The position numbers were made by a program, and so were the translations under genes. Shown in pieces: positions 59,528-64,000 of a DNA stretch of 64,000 nucleotides. Origin of the DNA: Spirochaetia bacterium (lineage in GTDB: Bacteria > Spirochaetota > Spirochaetia > SZUA-6 > Bin103); NCBI GenBank assembly GCA_965208575.1, contig CBDBOV010000005.1, positions 224,001 to 288,000 of the forward strand, in the 5' to 3' direction. The notes under the pieces are model-generated. The model was not told where the DNA came from. It saw nothing but the letters and a program-made list of their open reading frames with translations, and searched no databases. Each line of letters starts with the position of its first letter. Positions within the stretch are counted from its first letter, which is position 1.

Positions 59528-59787
59528 CGTAAGACAGCGATCAGCGCTCTGCTCTCTGCGATCCACTCCTCGATCTCCGCACGATGATCAAAGTAGTAAG
59601 CCAAGGCTGCGTGGACGTCGGCCAGCGTCAGGTCGTACTCCGTGGCGATATCATCCGGGCTCTTGCCGAGGCGTTCGTACCAGATGGCGATGTTCGCCAC
59701 CGTGATGCGGCGGCCGGCGATCCGAGGCTTGCCGCCGCAAACGCCCGGCGTGATCGCGATGTGCTGATTCAACGTCTCCGCAGTCAT
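59488..59787 (-). pseudogene. DUF433 antitoxin, C-terminus replaced by IS sequence
   Basis: ITPGVCGGKPRIAGRRITV, LTLADVHAALAYY. Confidence 0.85.
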
Positions 59788-60053
59788 GCATCCACCTCCA
59801 TATTAGTGCCGGCCAAGCACCGGGTGAAGCGGTTCTGCCCAGCGGCACACCCGTGGCCATCGCCAATTCTCGTGTTGGGTCTTCCCGCCACGGAGAGTAG
59901 CTCGATGCCAACCGTCGAGCAACGCAGTCCGGCTACTGCAAGGCCAGACACCGCCCTCACTATAGAGCAGGGCGACCGTCCCCCGGTCGCGTTCCCGCAG
60001 AAGGCCACCACCTGTTACGCGCTTCGTCCGCGGACCCGTAGGCTGTGGCGGCC

Positions 60054-61403
60054 TCAAGCCGACGTGATCCTCAAACGGGCGATTGTCACGCCGATGCCGA
60101 CCGCCAGCGGCAGCAGGGCAAGCAGCAGCAGGGCGCCCACCCGCGGGGATCCGTCCAGCACCCGGATGCGGCGCGTCGCGCCGGCGACGATGGCGTCCCG
60201 GCCGTCGACCAGCGCGACCCGAAGGCGGGCGCCGTGGCGGTCCAGGTCGATGTGAAACGCTTGCAGGCTCGGCTGGCGGTCGACGTGCGCGCTCTCGGGG
60301 TCGAACGGGACGATGCGATAGCCGTGTGAGGCGGTCCGCTCCTGCTCCACGAACCAGGGAAGCTTGTCGATGATCGCGATGCGCCGACCCGCGTCCAGAA
60401 CGACCATCCGCAGGCCGGGGATCTCCTGGACGAAGACATGCCTTCGCAATCCGGGACTGCCCCGGGCGTCGTTGCGCAGCAGCTTTTGGTAGTACAGGTC
60501 GATGAGCTCGTGCTGATGGTACGCTACCAGGTAGAGGTCGCTGGAGCCGTCGACGTAGACGACCGAGTGCCGGGAGTTCGACTCGACGGGGCGGTTCCAC
60601 TTGTCCCCCGGGATCACCTCGTAGCCGACCGTGGGCTCGCCGAATCGTCCGAAAGCCACGACCTCCTTTTCGGATCCTTCCAGTACCTTTCCGTCGCCCC
60701 TGACCAGCCGCGTCCGGTAGCGGCCGGGCGGGAGATTCACCACGAACGCGCGGTCGACGCGAACCGGGGCCGCGGCGTACTCCTCCGGGAACTCGGGCGC
60801 GGTGGGAGCGACAAGCCCGCCCAGCACTTCTTCCAACCTGGCGATGTCGCCGCCTGTCTGCTTCTGTTGTTCGATTCGTCTCTCCAGCTCGCCCACCATG
60901 TACTGGTAGGTGGCGCGATCGAGCCGGTAGGCATCCAGGCCTTCCCGATAGGCGCGGAGCCTCTCCGTGTAGTCGGAGTACACGCGGTGAGCTTCAGGCC
61001 CGGTGGCGGTGCGCCAGCGGGCTGCGCCGTCGCCGCGCAGGTTGTAGTAGGTGTAGTCCTCCATCGAGAAAGACTGCGCCGCGCCGCCTTGTCGCGATAT
61101 TTCGAGGATTCCATCCACGGTCGCGTCGAGGAGCGTGGTGTCGGTGTGCAGCGCATCGTCTGCGGGGCGGTAGAACACGAAGGTCTTGCGGAGCGAAGGG
61201 AAGTTGTCGGTGTCCGCCAGCAGGTAGATGGTGTCGGAGGACTCGGCGCTGAAGGTGCGGGAGTAGCCGCTGCCGTTGAATACGACCAGCGAGTGGATGA
61301 GCTGCTCTTCGCGGTCGTGGCTGTCTCCATGGGCGACGGTTACCGCCACGGTTGCGAACGCGGCGAGCAGAGCCGCGTACCGGTTGGCAGTCCCCGGCTT
61401 CAC
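60054..61403 (-). CDS. Hypothetical exported protein with C-terminal membrane anchor
   Basis: Signal-like N-terminus, central coiled coil, C-terminal hydrophobic helix; GTGA overlap with the upstream gene. Confidence 0.7.
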   Translation of the reverse strand: MKPGTANRYAALLAAFATVAVTVAHGDSHDREEQLIHSLVVFNGSGYSRTFSAESSDTIYLLADTDNFPSLRKTFVFYRPADDALHTDTTLLDATVDGILEISRQGGAAQSFSMEDYTYYNLRGDGAARWRTATGPEAHRVYSDYTERLRAYREGLDAYRLDRATYQYMVGELERRIEQQKQTGGDIARLEEVLGGLVAPTAPEFPEEYAAAPVRVDRAFVVNLPPGRYRTRLVRGDGKVLEGSEKEVVAFGRFGEPTVGYEVIPGDKWNRPVESNSRHSVVYVDGSSDLYLVAYHQHELIDLYYQKLLRNDARGSPGLRRHVFVQEIPGLRMVVLDAGRRIAIIDKLPWFVEQERTASHGYRIVPFDPESAHVDRQPSLQAFHIDLDRHGARLRVALVDGRDAIVAGATRRIRVLDGSPRVGALLLLALLPLAVGIGVTIARLRITSA

Positions 61404-62215
61404 GGTCGGCGCAGGTTCCACGAAGTGTGCACGTAGGAGTCGAACCGGTCGGCGTACCGGGCCAGGTATGCCGGCAGCGAAGCCGGCTCGCGGTCGGTCC
61501 ACGCGGCGGTCACGATGGCCGCCACCTCATCGCGCTCGATGGCGAGCGGATCGGGGACGATCACGAGATAGTCGATCACCAGCGGCGCGCCGCCGCGGGC
61601 CTCGATCTGTTCGAGGGGAATGCGCGCGCGATAGCGCGCCAGCGCCTTCCGGGATTGGTCCCAACTCCACTCGATCTCCCCGGCAAACAGGGTTTCGCCG
61701 CGGGTCGCGCCGGGCAGTTGGGTCGAAATACGCGCGCCGATCCACAGGTCGAGCGCCGGGTGGTTGACGACCGCCGGTCCCTGGCTGGTGAGCGGCCAGA
61801 AGGTAGCGTACAGCTCCGATTCCGAGAGGTCTTCCGACACCATGAAGCGTGACAGGCCGGGAATCTGCAGTCCGGTCATGTCGATCGGCTCGTCGATCCG
61901 GTTGCTGCCGCGCCGCAGCGTGACCGGCACGCTCACGGGCTGGTAGTCGGGCGCCGACACCTCCAGCGTCGCCTCCCCGGGGCCGAGCCGCGAGAACACC
62001 AGCGTATCTCCGTCTCCGGCGTACCAGGTGCGCAGGAACCGGTCCTGGAGCGTGACGGTGGCGTTCCAGACCGCGCCCGTGCTGACCCGATCCCTGATGC
62101 GAAACTCCAGCGTTGTTTCGAACGGTGCCGCGGAGCCAAGCGCGACCAGCCCGGCAATCGCGCCCGCGGCCGCAACCGCAACGGCGGCCACCACCCAGAT
62201 TCGAACCCGGCCCAT
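61400..62215 (-). CDS. Hypothetical membrane-anchored protein with carboxypeptidase-regulatory-like / Ig domain
   Basis: N-terminal TM helix; NATVTL..LGPGEATLEVSAPDYQPVSVPVTL pattern; TAATG coupling to the permease. Confidence 0.7.
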   Translation of the reverse strand: MGRVRIWVVAAVAVAAAGAIAGLVALGSAAPFETTLEFRIRDRVSTGAVWNATVTLQDRFLRTWYAGDGDTLVFSRLGPGEATLEVSAPDYQPVSVPVTLRRGSNRIDEPIDMTGLQIPGLSRFMVSEDLSESELYATFWPLTSQGPAVVNHPALDLWIGARISTQLPGATRGETLFAGEIEWSWDQSRKALARYRARIPLEQIEARGGAPLVIDYLVIVPDPLAIERDEVAAIVTAAWTDREPASLPAYLARYADRFDSYVHTSWNLRRP

Positions 62216-63057
62216 TACTCCTTGATGCTGCCCGCCATCAAGCCGCTCAGGATGCGCTTTTCGAAGATCACCACGAATACCACGATCGGGGCGATGATCA
62301 GCATGCCCATCGCGCTGATCAGGTCCCACGGCTCCACGTAGTGCGTGGTGACGGAAATCGGTACCTTGGTGATCCCGATCGCCAGCGGGACGATCTTCCG
62401 GATCGTGAATATGAGCGGAATGAAGAACTCGTTCATGGCGATGATGAAGTTGATGATCGCCACCGTCGCGACCGCCGGCTTCAGCAATGGCGAGATGATC
62501 CTGACGATGATCGTCGCCATGCCGGCCCCGTCCACCTCCGCCGCCTCCTCTATGGTAACCGGAATCTGCTTGATGAAACCGGTCATGACGGCGACCGCAA
62601 ACGGCACCATGTGACTGGTATACAGCAGCACCAGGCCGAGATAGGTGTCCACCAGGCCGAGTCCCCTGATGAACACGTACATCGGGATGACGGAAATGAT
62701 GAACGGCACCATCGTCGAGAAAATGACGAAACCGAACGCCAGCATCACCAGCTTGTTGTCGAAGCGCGCGAACGCATACCCCGCCATGGTACAGACGACC
62801 ATCGTGACGGCCAATGAGAATGCCGTGATCACCGCGGTCGAGATCGACATCGACACGATATCCATGGCAGTGAACAGCCGCTGGTAGCTCTCCAGGGTCA
62901 GCGTCAGCGGGAAGTAGTCGACCGGTGAAGAGAACAGCTTGGCTTGCGGCTTCAGCGAGGAGATAAGGATCCAATACATCGGCCACAGCACGGCGAAGGC
63001 CACGACCAGGGTGACCGCTATCAGCATCGCCTTGTGCAGGGGCCTTCTCCTGGTCAT
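62215..63057 (-). CDS. Carbohydrate ABC permease (MalG-like)
   Basis: AGYAFARF, IPVTIEEAAEVDGA, GLMAGSIKE. Confidence 0.93.
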   Translation of the reverse strand: MTRRRPLHKAMLIAVTLVVAFAVLWPMYWILISSLKPQAKLFSSPVDYFPLTLTLESYQRLFTAMDIVSMSISTAVITAFSLAVTMVVCTMAGYAFARFDNKLVMLAFGFVIFSTMVPFIISVIPMYVFIRGLGLVDTYLGLVLLYTSHMVPFAVAVMTGFIKQIPVTIEEAAEVDGAGMATIIVRIISPLLKPAVATVAIINFIIAMNEFFIPLIFTIRKIVPLAIGITKVPISVTTHYVEPWDLISAMGMLIIAPIVVFVVIFEKRILSGLMAGSIKE

Positions 63058-63929
63058 CAGTAGTCCACCCGCCGGTAGTATACGATGCCGACCACGCCGG
63101 CTACCCCCATGATGACGAACAGCGCGACCGCGATCGACGAGGCGTAGCCGATGCTCAAGTTCTTGAACGCTTCCTCATACATGCGAAACGCCAACAGCGA
63201 GGTGGACGACCCCGGACCTCCGCGCGTCATCGCATACACGATGTCGAAGCTCGACAGCCGCCATATGATGAAGAACAGCGACACGATGATCAGCGTTCGC
63301 TTTATGTGCGGCAGGGTGATGCGAACCAGCAGCGTGGCGGGACCGGCGCCGTCGATCTTGGCGGATTCGTACAGCTCGGTTGGCACGTTCTGCAGGCCCG
63401 CCAGGGTGAGAATGGCAAAAAAGGAAACGTTCTTCCAGAAGTCGACCGCAATGATTGCGGCCTGCGCGCCGACCGGCGACACCAGCCAGTCGTAGCGAAA
63501 GTCGGCGGCGAAACGGCGCACCAGGTCGTTCACGATTCCATACACGTCATTGAACGCCCAGCGAGCCGCGATGCCGGCCACGATCATCGGCAGTGCCCAG
63601 GGAATGAGTGCGGTGGTGCGCAGAAACCTGCGCCCTCCGAACTGCACGTTGAGCAGATGGGCGAGCGCGATGCCGCCGAGCAGCATCAGGCCGATGGAGA
63701 CGCCGGTAAAGACGAAGGTAAAGGAAAACGCGTTGCCGATCTTCGGGTCGGTAACGAGGTAGGCAATGTTGCGGAAGCCGATGAACTCGTTGATGCGCAG
63801 CAGAAAGCTGTAATCTCGCAGGCTGTACCAGAAGATCGAGAGGGTGGGATACGCGGTGGTGGCAAGCCGGATCACCAGCACCGGCAGAATGAGCAGCCAG
63901 GCGATGAGCAACTTTCTCCGCTTAAGCAC
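63057..63929 (-). CDS. Carbohydrate ABC permease (MalF-like)
   Basis: FIGFRN, IPWALP, LAGLQNVPTELYESAKIDGA, MTRGGPG. Confidence 0.93.
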   Translation of the reverse strand: MLKRRKLLIAWLLILPVLVIRLATTAYPTLSIFWYSLRDYSFLLRINEFIGFRNIAYLVTDPKIGNAFSFTFVFTGVSIGLMLLGGIALAHLLNVQFGGRRFLRTTALIPWALPMIVAGIAARWAFNDVYGIVNDLVRRFAADFRYDWLVSPVGAQAAIIAVDFWKNVSFFAILTLAGLQNVPTELYESAKIDGAGPATLLVRITLPHIKRTLIIVSLFFIIWRLSSFDIVYAMTRGGPGSSTSLLAFRMYEEAFKNLSIGYASSIAVALFVIMGVAGVVGIVYYRRVDY

Positions 63930-64000
63930 CCTTGCCCCCTTGTGCGCGGCCCCCTTGCATGCGGGTGCGCCCTCCCGCGCGATGCGGAAGGACGCACGCT

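Overview
High-GC bacterial chromosomal region with no rRNA, tRNA or CRISPR array seen. It is dominated by ABC importers (peptide/nickel family, CUT1 sugar family, one LivJ-type binding protein) and catabolic enzymes (aldo/keto reductase, LLM oxidoreductase, amidase, three D-2-hydroxyacid dehydrogenases, PhyH dioxygenase, GH5-like hydrolase, desaturase). About a dozen toxin-antitoxin loci or relics are interspersed. The gene mix (binding proteins with AGGE.. N-termini, ankyrin protein, AAA/PD-(D/E)XK proteins, many TA pairs) is reminiscent of invertebrate-associated spirochaete-like symbionts; this is inference only. Main structural observations: (1) two distantly related long HNH-endonuclease genes (33812-36223 minus, 54267-56219 plus) share a position-conserved ~270-bp non-coding upstream region and palindromic repeats inside the linker, suggesting an undescribed mobile or RNA-associated nuclease element; (2) 10.1-24.5 kb is a triplicated unit pruned by reciprocal, often microhomology-bounded deletions, with different cargo in the same slot of each copy; (3) candidate structured cis-regulatory RNAs lie upstream of the twin binding-protein genes and of the ankyrin gene; (4) an IS1634-family element with a 6-bp target duplication splits a DUF433/DUF5615 TA locus. 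Family assignments come from motif recognition by eye, not from database searches.
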